Source: Dehalococcoidia bacterium
GTDB lineage: Bacteria > Chloroflexota > Dehalococcoidia > Lucifugimonadales > VXLM01
NCBI GenBank assembly: GCA_034421575.1
Contig: DAOUKG010000023.1
Coordinates: 40,845 to 104,844 of the forward strand
DNA length: 64,000 bases
Direction: 5' to 3'
Below the pieces are notes generated by a model that ran no database searches, was not told where the DNA came from, and saw only the letters and a program-made list of their open reading frames with translations. Below, piece after piece: positions 53,905-63,107 of this stretch (positions within the stretch are counted from its first letter, which is position 1; each line of letters begins with the position of its first letter). The translations under genes were made by a program, and so were the position numbers.

Positions 53905-55992
53905 TCAGTCTTCGCGCGGGCCGAAGCCCTCTTCTCCGACTGGCCGTTCCGGCGCTGTCGGGTCTCCGCTCGCGGGGCTGCCGAAATGCTCCGGCCTCCA
54001 GTACCAGATGTGGCCGTGGTCCGCCCCGGCGATCAGTCCGAGATTGCCGTCGTCATTCCAATCGACGGGGGCCATGTGTACGCCGTGCCTCCAGAACTCA
54101 AGGGGGTTGCCGTCGGCGTCGAATACCAGGACATCCGGCTTCCTGAAGACGGGCTGTGTCTTCGTGCCCACGTTCTTGGCGAAGAGGATGTAGCTGCCCC
54201 GGTACGGGCTGCCATGCTGTGGCCCCACGCCTATGAGCAGGTCGAGGAGGCCGTCGCCGTCCCAGTCAATGACGTTGAGTTTCGTCCTCCCTCGACCGTC
54301 ACCGCCCGGCGGCGTGTAGATGCCGTGCGTCTTGATGGTGGAGCCGTCCTCGTAGCGGAGCTTTTCTCCTGGGAGCAGGCTTGAGAGGTCATCGCTGCCT
54401 GCTCGCCTGTAGAGGGCGAGATCGAGGTCGGGGTCCTGGATGACGATGTCCGGCAGGTCGCCGTCGGTGAGGTGGCCGATGCCCGGCTGCTGCCTCCACG
54501 GGCCTATGAGCGGCGATCCGTCCGTGAGGTGCAGCCGCTGAGGCGGGCCGAGCTCCGGTGTGGACTTGGTCCCCCAGTTCGGGTACCACTCATAGAGACT
54601 GATCATGTCGCACACGACGAGATCGAGGAGGCCGTTCCCGTTCCAGTCTGCCAAGACGGGGTTGCTGTAGCCGCCGGTATCGCCGTCGTATGGACTCTGC
54701 GAGCCGCCCCAGTGCTGTCCTCCGGCGGGGTAGGGCGTCGCGAGGCGGCGAATCTCGGTCGTTCCGTAGCGAACGCGCTCCGGCGGTGCGAATCTCAAGG
54801 GGTTGGTCGACAGGGTCTTGTACCAGAAGATGTATCCCTCGATGCCGCCGACGAGGATGTCCTCCATACCGGTGTCGCGCCAGTCGCCGGCCGTGGGAAC
54901 GGAGAAGACCCCCCCGTTGACGTGTGGGTTGTGCTGTTTGAGCTTGCGAGGCGTATTGTAGATTGGCCTGCCGTCGTCGTCCTGACCGTAGAATCGCGCC
55001 CACTCGACGTTTCCGGCGTTGTCTGCCGCGAATATGTCGAAGCGTCCGGGCTCCAGGGCGTCGGATACGCCAATGCTCCCCTGGAAGGTGGCGATGCGGC
55101 TGAAGGGTTCGCCGTGGAGGGTGAAGATCTCGGCGGCCTCTCCCCACTCGGGGTCGTCGCCGATCGCGGTGATTGCCACGTGGTTGATGTGGCCGTAATA
55201 GTTGAGCAGCAGGATGCCCGCGGTCGGGTCGTTGGGGTTGACCTCGCTGATGTGGAAGGTATGCCGTGGCACGTCGACATCGACCCTGCCCGCGTAGGTG
55301 AACTCGATGTCCCCGCCGCTGCTCGTGTTTCGGTACAAATGAAGAGAAGCCGTGCCGAACTTCGAGAACCACCTGCCGTCCTTGTCGTAGCGGTCGCGCT
55401 GGTCCTCCGGGACGATACCCTCAGGGCTCTTGGCCCACATCTCGCCATCCCCGGAATCGAGCACGACGAGGTCGACGACGCCGTCGCCGTTCCAGTCCAA
55501 GGCGGCTGTCGCCCCTCTGCCGAAACCGGCGTCCCCGTCCCGGCCCTTGAGGGTTACGGGCCGTCCCTCGTCGCGTGTCGCGGGAGGGCCGTTTTCTATC
55601 GAAATGGCCGCGACGGCCTTCTGCGAGTATCCCCGTGGAGCTAGGATGACTTCGATCTGTCCGTCGCCGTCGAAGTCTGCGGCTACGACGACTGTGCCCA
55701 CGAGACCCTTGTCACGCTCGTTCCGGTGAAGCGCGCGAGACACCTCACCCCACTGCAGGCCGCGGTCGACGATGGGCGTTCCGTCGGCGATCTCTCCAAT
55801 GAGCTTGTAGCTGTAGATGTTGCCGTTGCCGCCCGTGACAACGATCTCCGGCTCGCCGTCCGCGTCCCAGTCCAGGACTCGAACGGCGGATCCGCCCGCA
55901 AAGAAGTCGCCGATAACGTTCTCATCGCCCAGGACGAGGGGGGAGCCGTCTCCTGCGTTGCCGGCCGGTACGGGGTGGGGGAAGGATGTCAT
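53905..55992 (-). CDS. FG-GAP/VCBS repeat protein (beta-propeller), with no recognisable signal peptide
   Basis: Multiple D-x-[DN]-x-D-G-x-x-[DE] repeats: DWDADGEPEIVV, DFDGDGQIEVI, DWNGDGVVDLVV, DWNGNGLLDLVV, DWDGDGLLDLLI and DWNDDGNLGLIA. Confidence 0.85.
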   Translation of the reverse strand: MTSFPHPVPAGNAGDGSPLVLGDENVIGDFFAGGSAVRVLDWDADGEPEIVVTGGNGNIYSYKLIGEIADGTPIVDRGLQWGEVSRALHRNERDKGLVGTVVVAADFDGDGQIEVILAPRGYSQKAVAAISIENGPPATRDEGRPVTLKGRDGDAGFGRGATAALDWNGDGVVDLVVLDSGDGEMWAKSPEGIVPEDQRDRYDKDGRWFSKFGTASLHLYRNTSSGGDIEFTYAGRVDVDVPRHTFHISEVNPNDPTAGILLLNYYGHINHVAITAIGDDPEWGEAAEIFTLHGEPFSRIATFQGSIGVSDALEPGRFDIFAADNAGNVEWARFYGQDDDGRPIYNTPRKLKQHNPHVNGGVFSVPTAGDWRDTGMEDILVGGIEGYIFWYKTLSTNPLRFAPPERVRYGTTEIRRLATPYPAGGQHWGGSQSPYDGDTGGYSNPVLADWNGNGLLDLVVCDMISLYEWYPNWGTKSTPELGPPQRLHLTDGSPLIGPWRQQPGIGHLTDGDLPDIVIQDPDLDLALYRRAGSDDLSSLLPGEKLRYEDGSTIKTHGIYTPPGGDGRGRTKLNVIDWDGDGLLDLLIGVGPQHGSPYRGSYILFAKNVGTKTQPVFRKPDVLVFDADGNPLEFWRHGVHMAPVDWNDDGNLGLIAGADHGHIWYWRPEHFGSPASGDPTAPERPVGEEGFGPRED

Positions 55993-56055
55993 GGCGTACT
56001 CCTATCGCGATATCTGGTGGAGGCCGTTCCGTGTGGCCGTCCGACTCGTGCTCAG

Positions 56056-56901
56056 TCAACTCATCATTTTGGGGCTATCGTCCATATTTGGCCTGTCGTC
56101 TCGGAACGGCACGAATTTGTGGACCTTCTTCGCGCCGAAGGCGGGGAGGTCGCCGACCATCGCCTGTATTCTTGCGTCCTCACTGGCGAGCCAGCCGGGA
56201 TCGGGGTCAAACATGGTGCCGGCATAGTAGTGGAGGGATGCGAGGTGGTTGTCGGTCTGTGGACGCGCGGCGAACTTCAGCGCGATGTAGCGCCTGCCCG
56301 CCCAGCCGTTGAAGATGGCGTGCCAGATGCTCTGGTTGAAGAAGATGGCGTCGCCGGGGTTGGATTCCAGCGATACGCTGGGCATGTTCGGTCCCGGCAC
56401 CTCGAACGGGCGCACGGGCAAGCTACGGCGCTGGTGCTTGGCTTCCGGCTCGATCTCACCGTGCAATGGCATCCTGTGTGACCCGGGTATGACGCGAAGG
56501 CAGCCGTTTTCCTCTGTAATCGGATCGAGGTAGAGGTTCACCTTGAGGCGGGTGTAGGAGACTTCGTCGTGGTCGCCGGGCCGGTCAGGATGCCAGGGAT
56601 GCTCGGAGTTCACGGTAACGTTGCCCTCGGAGCCCGCCCAGACGAATCCGGGACCGAGAATGCTCTCCGCCGCTTCGAAGATGCGGTCGTCGGTGACCAT
56701 CTGCGTGAGGGCTGCGTCCTTCTCTACGAATGTCCCCACGGCCTGACCATCTTCCGGGTTCAGCGGCTTGCCGTCGCGGAGCTTCAGCCACAGGTTGTCC
56801 GCAGTCTCCGTGATCGAGACTACCTCATCCGCTGAGAAGAGCTGGGGAATGAACAGGAACCCGAAGGTCTTGAAGTGGGCAACCTGACCTGGTGTAAGCA
56901 T
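56056..56901 (-). CDS. Phytanoyl-CoA dioxygenase (PhyH) family oxygenase, copy 3
   Basis: Starts at the ATG at 56901 (MLTPGQVAHFKTFGFLFIPQLF). WHPD and VIPGSHRMP motifs. Confidence 0.8.
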   Translation of the reverse strand: MLTPGQVAHFKTFGFLFIPQLFSADEVVSITETADNLWLKLRDGKPLNPEDGQAVGTFVEKDAALTQMVTDDRIFEAAESILGPGFVWAGSEGNVTVNSEHPWHPDRPGDHDEVSYTRLKVNLYLDPITEENGCLRVIPGSHRMPLHGEIEPEAKHQRRSLPVRPFEVPGPNMPSVSLESNPGDAIFFNQSIWHAIFNGWAGRRYIALKFAARPQTDNHLASLHYYAGTMFDPDPGWLASEDARIQAMVGDLPAFGAKKVHKFVPFRDDRPNMDDSPKMMS

Positions 56902-57093
56902 GTGACGCCCCTCTAACGTAGGTTCTTTGTTGGCGCTGGATATAGTACGTCGGACGGTCGGACATGGCAACACCGAGGGAAGAGCTAACCAACAGGAAGA
57001 GGCTGCCACATGGCCTCGGTCTGGATGACTTCAGCCCGCTTTGTCGAGGACCTGCGAGGAGTTCACAAAAGGATGCGGTTCGCCGATGACGCG

Positions 57094-57129
57094 AAAAACA
57101 GGCCCGCCGGATACCGACGGGCCTGTCTT
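57094..57129 (-). terminator. Rho-independent terminator candidate after the minus-strand binding-protein gene
   Basis: The minus strand reads gacaggcccg-tcggtatccgg-cgggcctgt followed by ttttt. Confidence 0.65.
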
Positions 57130-57165
57130 CTTTAGGCTAGCTGCCTAATCTTTTCCGCTAGGACT

Positions 57166-59580
57166 CTACCAGACCGTCTTCGAGCACTTGTCGTAAGGAC
57201 TGCCGCCCTGGATGAATGCCCAGCTCTGGCAGTACTTCGAGCGGTTGCCCGGATTGTGGTAGTTGTCCAGACCGTCCTCGAAGAATCGCGCCCAGGCCGT
57301 GAAGCCGTTGTGGTCGCGTTCGTGGGTGATCGGCTTGTTGCGGAAGTTGTTCCTCGTGACGAACACACCGCGGAACACGCCGGAGTAGGCGCAGCAGTTC
57401 AGGCCCCAAAGCTGGTCGGCGTTGGTGGCGAACATTTCTTTGCCCATCTCGACTCGTCGCGGGTCAAGGTTGCTGACTCCGAGGCCGGCGATCCACAGAT
57501 CAGAACTGCGTTGGAGCAGTCCGCCGGCGTCAGCCGGGAACTCGCCTGCGGCCGCCAGGGGCAGCCAGTTGGGATCGCCGCCCGTGGGCGCCATTCCCTC
57601 TTCACCGCGGGAGGCGTACCACTTGCCGATCTCGCCCGCAAGGTCGCCGCGGGTAAGAGGCGCGAGGCTCGTCCACTGGACCATCCAGGGGTTGTACTGG
57701 TAGGCCGAGTAGTCGCGGGAGATGCCCGTCGTCTGGAGGCTGTCACGCGTCGTCTGTCGAACGGCGCCGATGATGGTCTTGATGCCTACGCTCTCCCATG
57801 CCGCCCTCAGTATCTCGGCTGCTTGCGAGACTGCGGGGTTCGGGCTGGGACCAACCGTGATCTGCATCTCGACCGTGCCCGATCCGTCCTTGTGCATTCG
57901 GAAACCTTCCTCGTCTCGTGCACTCAGACCCAACGCATCGAGCATCTGGTTGGACTTGCTGGTGTTCTTCTCCATGTGGAGCATGCGGTACTCGTCACCC
58001 GGGTAGTACGGGTTGTTCGGGCGCGGGACGCGGTTCTGCACCACGCCGACGCCGGAAAGGACGAGGTCGTTGAGGACTTCCTTGTCTACCGTGTGGGACA
58101 GAGCGATGCGGAAGTCTTGCGTCCTGATCAACTCACCGATGCGCGGATCCTCGTTGTAGGTCTGCTGCATCGTCGTCGTCAGGTCTGCGCCGCCGCTGCT
58201 CGGCCAGTGGTAGATGGAGAAGTCGCCGCGTTCCATGTTGGAGATGTAGAGCGGGAGCTCACCGGGGATGAACGAAGACGTACGTCCGTCTTCCTCACCG
58301 GCCATCGCGCGGAACTTGATGACGTCCTGGCTCTCCTGCTTAACCATCACTGCGCCGTCGGTGTAGGGGATCTGGTTCCCCTCGGGGTCGACGAACCAGT
58401 GGTACTGGTTCTTCATGAACAGACCCAGAGAGTCGCTCTCCTCGACGTTGCAGTAAGGGGCCGCGCAGGGGTTGCTGTCGATGTTCTGCCAGAAGGCGAG
58501 TTCGCCCTTCAGCATGTCCTGAAGGTCGGTGTAGTTGCCGTCGGCAATGATCTTGTCGACTGCAGCCTGTCCGGCGTACTGCGGGTAGAGGTACTTCATC
58601 CGCGGGTGCCAGACCATGCACACGCGACCGGGCGAGCACAGCGTGCTCGGCGTCGACCGTGACTCCATGATCGTGAAGATCGGGGAGTCGTACTGCAGGG
58701 TCCAGGTGAGGTCGTCAACTACGGAGAACTTCGGCGGGTTCTGCGTTACCGGGTCACTGGCCCACAACGGTAGCGGTCCACCGAAGAGGGCGGGGGTGAG
58801 GTTGACTTCCCAACCGAACTCGACCGATTCCATGTCGAGCGGATGACCGTCGCTCCACTTGAGACCCTCACGCATCGTGAACGTCCAGAGCGTTCCGTCA
58901 TCGCTGACGTTCCAGCCCTTGCCGATCCACGGGAACCAAATCAAGCCGCCGAGGGAGTCACGCCTGTTCCAACTGGCGAGAATCCACTCGCCGATGTAGG
59001 AGTGCGGCTGAGTCTGTCGATAGAATCCACCGTACTCGCCGATGCCGTCCGGGCCGGCGATGACTTCTACGTCATCAGGTACGGGGAGCCTCTCCATGAG
59101 CGGAGGGATCTCTCCGGCCTTGACCAACTGAGCCGAGTGCGGGGACTCGAAGAACTGAGTCGGGCGAGGACCGTCATAATCCTGGTATACCCAAACTTCG
59201 CCGGGTACCGGCTGCTTGGCGGGCTTCCAGGCGTGCGGGCTTCGGAGCGGGCAGTCGGAGACCACGTCGCCCAAGATCACGCACGATGCGGGAACCATTG
59301 CGGTCGGTCCCGTTTCAGGCGCCGGTCCTGCTGGGGCTGCCGGGGCAGCGGGCGCTGCCGGTGCTGCCTGGGCGGGTGCGGGCGCCGGTGCCGGCACTGC
59401 AACCGGAGCGGGCGCGGGTGCCGGTGCTGGTCCTGCAGGAGCCGGTGCTGGTCCTGCGGGTGCGGGCGCCGGTGCTGCTGTGCTGCCACCGGTGTCACCG
59501 TCGTCGCTGCTACAAGCGACCAGTGCCAACGCCAGCAAGAGACCGGCGACTACAGAAACTATAAACCTAGTACTTGGCAT
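57166..59580 (-). CDS. ABC transporter substrate-binding protein, family 5 (peptide/nickel type), ~800 aa, lipoprotein with Pro/Ala linker
   Basis: The ATG at 59580 lies 6 nt after GGAGGA. Lipobox LALVAC, then ~70 aa of (PA)n. The core has family-5 features (WSDGHPL, large bilobed size). Paralogous to 60088-62478. Confidence 0.8.
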   Translation of the reverse strand: MPSTRFIVSVVAGLLLALALVACSSDDGDTGGSTAAPAPAPAGPAPAPAGPAPAPAPAPVAVPAPAPAPAQAAPAAPAAPAAPAGPAPETGPTAMVPASCVILGDVVSDCPLRSPHAWKPAKQPVPGEVWVYQDYDGPRPTQFFESPHSAQLVKAGEIPPLMERLPVPDDVEVIAGPDGIGEYGGFYRQTQPHSYIGEWILASWNRRDSLGGLIWFPWIGKGWNVSDDGTLWTFTMREGLKWSDGHPLDMESVEFGWEVNLTPALFGGPLPLWASDPVTQNPPKFSVVDDLTWTLQYDSPIFTIMESRSTPSTLCSPGRVCMVWHPRMKYLYPQYAGQAAVDKIIADGNYTDLQDMLKGELAFWQNIDSNPCAAPYCNVEESDSLGLFMKNQYHWFVDPEGNQIPYTDGAVMVKQESQDVIKFRAMAGEEDGRTSSFIPGELPLYISNMERGDFSIYHWPSSGGADLTTTMQQTYNEDPRIGELIRTQDFRIALSHTVDKEVLNDLVLSGVGVVQNRVPRPNNPYYPGDEYRMLHMEKNTSKSNQMLDALGLSARDEEGFRMHKDGSGTVEMQITVGPSPNPAVSQAAEILRAAWESVGIKTIIGAVRQTTRDSLQTTGISRDYSAYQYNPWMVQWTSLAPLTRGDLAGEIGKWYASRGEEGMAPTGGDPNWLPLAAAGEFPADAGGLLQRSSDLWIAGLGVSNLDPRRVEMGKEMFATNADQLWGLNCCAYSGVFRGVFVTRNNFRNKPITHERDHNGFTAWARFFEDGLDNYHNPGNRSKYCQSWAFIQGGSPYDKCSKTVW

Positions 59581-59962
59581 TCGATTCCTCCTCTTCATTA
59601 AACCAAATGTTTCGCGAATCCATCCATTCAGGCCGATTCCGAGCGACTCTAGCATAGTGTCCAAAGGGCTGTCAATGCGTCTCGCGCCGAATTGAACGCA
59701 TTTAAGCAAGCTGAAACTCTACGCGGAAACCGCTTTCATGTTGTCCGCAATCCGCTCCGGTCTCGCCGAAAACTCAGTGAATCCCCTCGCCTCCATCGAT
59801 AATTACTACGACCGAAGAGTGCGGAGCGGTTTTCAGTCCGCCCCGGGCGTCTTGGGTCCAAGCATAGACCCGCACCTGTGTCCGAAAATTTAGCAATTCG
59901 CCTAACGATTCTAAGACACATGACAGGTTCGAGAGTCAAGACGCGCCACCTACAACGGAAAC

Positions 59963-59991
59963 TTTTGCACTCCTACAGAAATATGTATAAT
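59963..59991 (+). promoter_or_regulatory. Promoter candidate for the plus-strand binding-protein gene
   Basis: A perfect TATAAT at 59986-59991 is preceded by ttttgcac (-35-like, imperfect spacing). It sits in a relatively AT-rich 500-bp divergent intergenic region. Confidence 0.4.
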
Positions 59992-60087
59992 GTGCGCCAT
60001 CCTTCACGTCATGCGCTGTTGAGTACGGTATCGGAATGCAGTTCGGCTAAGTGGTTCGGATTGAGTATCCAGAAAGGATAGATACCT

Positions 60088-62478
60088 ATGCAAAGACGAT
60101 ATATGATCGGATTCATTGCAGTTCTGTTGGTGGTGTCCCTTGGCCTGTTCGCATGCGGGAGCAGCGACCAGGACGACACGGACACTGCGGCTCCCGCTCC
60201 GGCCCCTGCTGCGCCTGCCCCTGCTCCGGCCCCTGCGCCCGCGCCTGCTCCGGCGCCTGCCCCGGTCGCAGCGCCTGCCCAGGCGCCTTCGATTATCCCG
60301 GCAGCGCCGGCAGCCCCCGCCCCGCCCCCGCCTCCCGCGCCGGCACCGGTTGCCAGGCCGAACATACCGGCCACCTGCTACATCGAAGGACAACAGGTCA
60401 CTTCGTGTCCCGAGGCAAGCCCTCACAAATGGGAGCCTCCAGCAGTGGCTCCGGGAGAATTCCCCATTTGGCACTACACAGGGCCCATGCCGACGAAATT
60501 CTTCGAGTCGCCGATGTCGGCCGAGCTGGTCAAGCAGGGTGTGCTCGATCCGCTCGAAGACCGGGTCCCAGTACCGGAAGACCGCATGTATTCCCAGCCG
60601 CCCGACCAGATTGGAGTGTACGGCGGCGTTAGCCGTCTGAGCACGACGTTCACATTCCTGTCGGAGCAGGCGCTGTCCAACTTCGGCGAGCGTGAGGCTG
60701 ACGGCTTCACGTGGCGTCCCTTCGTCGGCAAGGACTGGGGATGGAGCGATGACGGCAGGACCCTTACGTTCCAAATACGGGAGGGCCTCCGATGGTCGGA
60801 CGGCGTTCCCTTTACGATGGACGACGTGGAGTGGGCATGGACCGCGCTCAAAGAGCCGAGGTACCAGCCCAGCGTCCCCGTCCGATGGCGGGACCCCGTC
60901 ACCGACAACCCCGTCCGCTGGGCGAAAGTGGACGACCTCAACTTCACCCTGACCTTCGACTCGCCGGTGTACAACATCATGGAGTCGCGGCTGAACAGGG
61001 GTTCGATCTGCACGGTGGGCGGATTCTGCTGGTTCACCCCGAAGCACCACGTCTCACAGTTCATGCCGGAGATCGTCGGACAGGCCAAGGTCGACCAGAT
61101 GATGGCTGCGGACGGGCACGAGGCCTTTGGGAGCTGGTGGGGATATCGAACATACGACATGTCTCGCGCCGATACTCCGTGCGCGAGGATCATGTGCGTA
61201 GGCGGAGTCGGCGATGAGAACGCCCAGGGCAAGGAGATCGGCAAGCTGACTCGCAACCACTACTCGTGGGCCTTCGACCCCGAGGGCAACCAGCTTCCCT
61301 ATGTCGACGGTGTCTGGATGTACCAGAACGAGAGCAACGAGGTCGCAACGTTCCGCAAGATGTCGGGCGAGAACGACCAGCCGATCACGTACAACAACAA
61401 CCTGGGCGACGTGCCGCTCTACATCAATAACATGGAGAGGGGCGATTACAGCATCTACCGGTGGCCGTCGTTCGGCGGCAACGACCGCGGTCTCGGCATC
61501 CAGCAGACATGGAACGAAGACCCCTACCTCGGCCAGCTGAACCGTACCCACGAGTTCCGACAGGCCATTTCGTACGCGCTTGACCGCGCCGCCATCAACG
61601 ATACGGTTTTCCTCGGCCTCGGCGCCGTACAGAACTTCGTGCCGCGGCCCGACAGCCCGTGGTACCCGGGCGACGAGGTCCGCGACCTCCACACGCGACA
61701 AAGCACGGCGGAGTCGAATCGCCTGTTGGACGGCCTCGGACTGTCGGCGAAGGACGACGACGGTTTCAGGCTGAGGCCCGACGGTGAACGGCTCACTCTG
61801 CTGTTCACAGGCAATACCAATAATTCGTCCTACATCCAGACTCTGGAGCTGATGAAGCAACAATTGGAAGAGGTGGGGATTGAATTTGGCATCAGAAGCG
61901 GACGGAACACCGCGCGGGCGGGTGAACAGTATCTCTCGTTCACGGCCTCGTCCTACAACTACAATCCGTGGATGCTGGAGGGGGGCGAGCTTTCGCCGTT
62001 GATGCGTTCTCACTCGGTTGGACAAGCGATTGGGGCGTGGTACGAAACGTCCGGCAGGGAGGGCATGGCGCCAGTGCCAGATCCTAACTTCCTGCCGCTG
62101 GCTCCTTCCGATAATTTCCCGGCGGATCCGTCCGGGAAGCTCCAGGAGAACGCCCAGCTTTGGCTCGATGGGCGGCAGCACCCACAGTTCTCTCCCGAAC
62201 GAGCCGAGGCCGGTAAAATGATCTACCGGAACGTGGCGGAGCAGATATGGAACGTCCCAACCGTAGCTTTCACTGGCGTGGCGCGCGGCATCGTGTTCAA
62301 GCGGAACAACATGCGAAACGTTCCCAAGACCCACATCCGCGACATCTTCGGATTCGCGGGCTGGAACTACTCGTTCGAGGACGGCGAGGACAACCTCAAC
62401 CATCCTGGCAACCGCTCGAACCTCTACCGCAGCGTGAGCTTCCTCGACGCCGACTTCTTCTTCGACGACAGCAAGTAG
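60088..62478 (+). CDS. ABC transporter substrate-binding protein, family 5, ~800 aa, lipoprotein with Pro/Ala linker (paralogue)
   Basis: Lipobox LGLFAC, a (AP)n linker, then collinear similarity with the divergent neighbour (FFESP.SA.LVK.G..PPL..R.PVP.D, REGL.WSDG.P...). Confidence 0.8.
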   Translation: MQRRYMIGFIAVLLVVSLGLFACGSSDQDDTDTAAPAPAPAAPAPAPAPAPAPAPAPAPVAAPAQAPSIIPAAPAAPAPPPPPAPAPVARPNIPATCYIEGQQVTSCPEASPHKWEPPAVAPGEFPIWHYTGPMPTKFFESPMSAELVKQGVLDPLEDRVPVPEDRMYSQPPDQIGVYGGVSRLSTTFTFLSEQALSNFGEREADGFTWRPFVGKDWGWSDDGRTLTFQIREGLRWSDGVPFTMDDVEWAWTALKEPRYQPSVPVRWRDPVTDNPVRWAKVDDLNFTLTFDSPVYNIMESRLNRGSICTVGGFCWFTPKHHVSQFMPEIVGQAKVDQMMAADGHEAFGSWWGYRTYDMSRADTPCARIMCVGGVGDENAQGKEIGKLTRNHYSWAFDPEGNQLPYVDGVWMYQNESNEVATFRKMSGENDQPITYNNNLGDVPLYINNMERGDYSIYRWPSFGGNDRGLGIQQTWNEDPYLGQLNRTHEFRQAISYALDRAAINDTVFLGLGAVQNFVPRPDSPWYPGDEVRDLHTRQSTAESNRLLDGLGLSAKDDDGFRLRPDGERLTLLFTGNTNNSSYIQTLELMKQQLEEVGIEFGIRSGRNTARAGEQYLSFTASSYNYNPWMLEGGELSPLMRSHSVGQAIGAWYETSGREGMAPVPDPNFLPLAPSDNFPADPSGKLQENAQLWLDGRQHPQFSPERAEAGKMIYRNVAEQIWNVPTVAFTGVARGIVFKRNNMRNVPKTHIRDIFGFAGWNYSFEDGEDNLNHPGNRSNLYRSVSFLDADFFFDDSK

Positions 62479-62507
62479 TCGACGCAACGAGCTAAGGTAG
62501 ATTAAAC

Positions 62508-62549
62508 AAGAGTCCCCGCTCACAACGAGCGGGGACTCTTCACTTTATT
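62508..62549 (+). terminator. Rho-independent terminator candidate
   Basis: A 14-bp perfect stem aagagtccccgctc / gagcggggactctt with loop acaac, followed by cactttatt. Confidence 0.7.
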
Positions 62550-62937
62550 CCCGTCTCTCCCCCGCCGGGCTGACAGGGGTAGGTAAAACGGAATCGTAGC
62601 TACGATCCGTCCCCGTCTCTCTGTCATTCCTCATAAAATACCCCCGGCCAACCCGTCGTAGGGGCAACCCTTGTGGTTGCCCGTCCCCGATACCGCGCCA
62701 CCACCCGTCATTCCGGCGTAGAGCTTGCCCCGTACTCCGATACGGGGCCGGAATCCAGGAAATCTGGTCAATCGCAAATACGGTCTCATCACACTCACTT
62801 GGTATTGGGACAGGCATTTTAGATTCTTCGACTCCGCTGCGCTGCGTTCAGAATGACAGTCAAGGAGTTCCTTTCTCATTCATGGAACCGGATTGATGGT
62901 CAAATACCTACCCCTGTCAGCCCCCTCTGGAAGAGAG
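62550..62937. repeat. REP-like module array / split palindromic element
   Basis: ctgacaggggtaggtaaaacgg... on the left and ...cctacccctgtcag on the right bracket the gtaggggcaaccc, gtcattccggcg...ccggaatccag and tttagattcttcgactccgctgcgctgcgttcagaatgacag modules. Confidence 0.9.
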
Positions 62938-63107
62938 TTACAGAGAAGGGCATGAATCCCCCTACTCCGCCGTTACCTCGTGCGGCCCAAGATCATCGTC
63001 GACGAGGCGCCGGTGGTAGTTCTTGCCCATCAGGTAGCTCATGTCATACGGTATCGTCGTTGGCGCCGACTCAGGTCTTTAGAGAGTTACTTGGAGGTGA
63101 GGCAGCC

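Noticed and set aside
59290-59500. GC-rich quasi-microsatellite (gcN ccN)n, also at 60190-60350, as a non-coding simple repeat.
   Set aside because: Both are in frame within the binding-protein ORFs and encode the Pro/Ala stalk directly after the lipobox.
62945-63060. Small minus-strand ORF (MSYLMGKNYHRRLVDDDLGPHEVTAE, 26 aa).
   Set aside because: It is too short, has no RBS and no recognisable family. It is possibly a gene remnant, but that cannot be supported.
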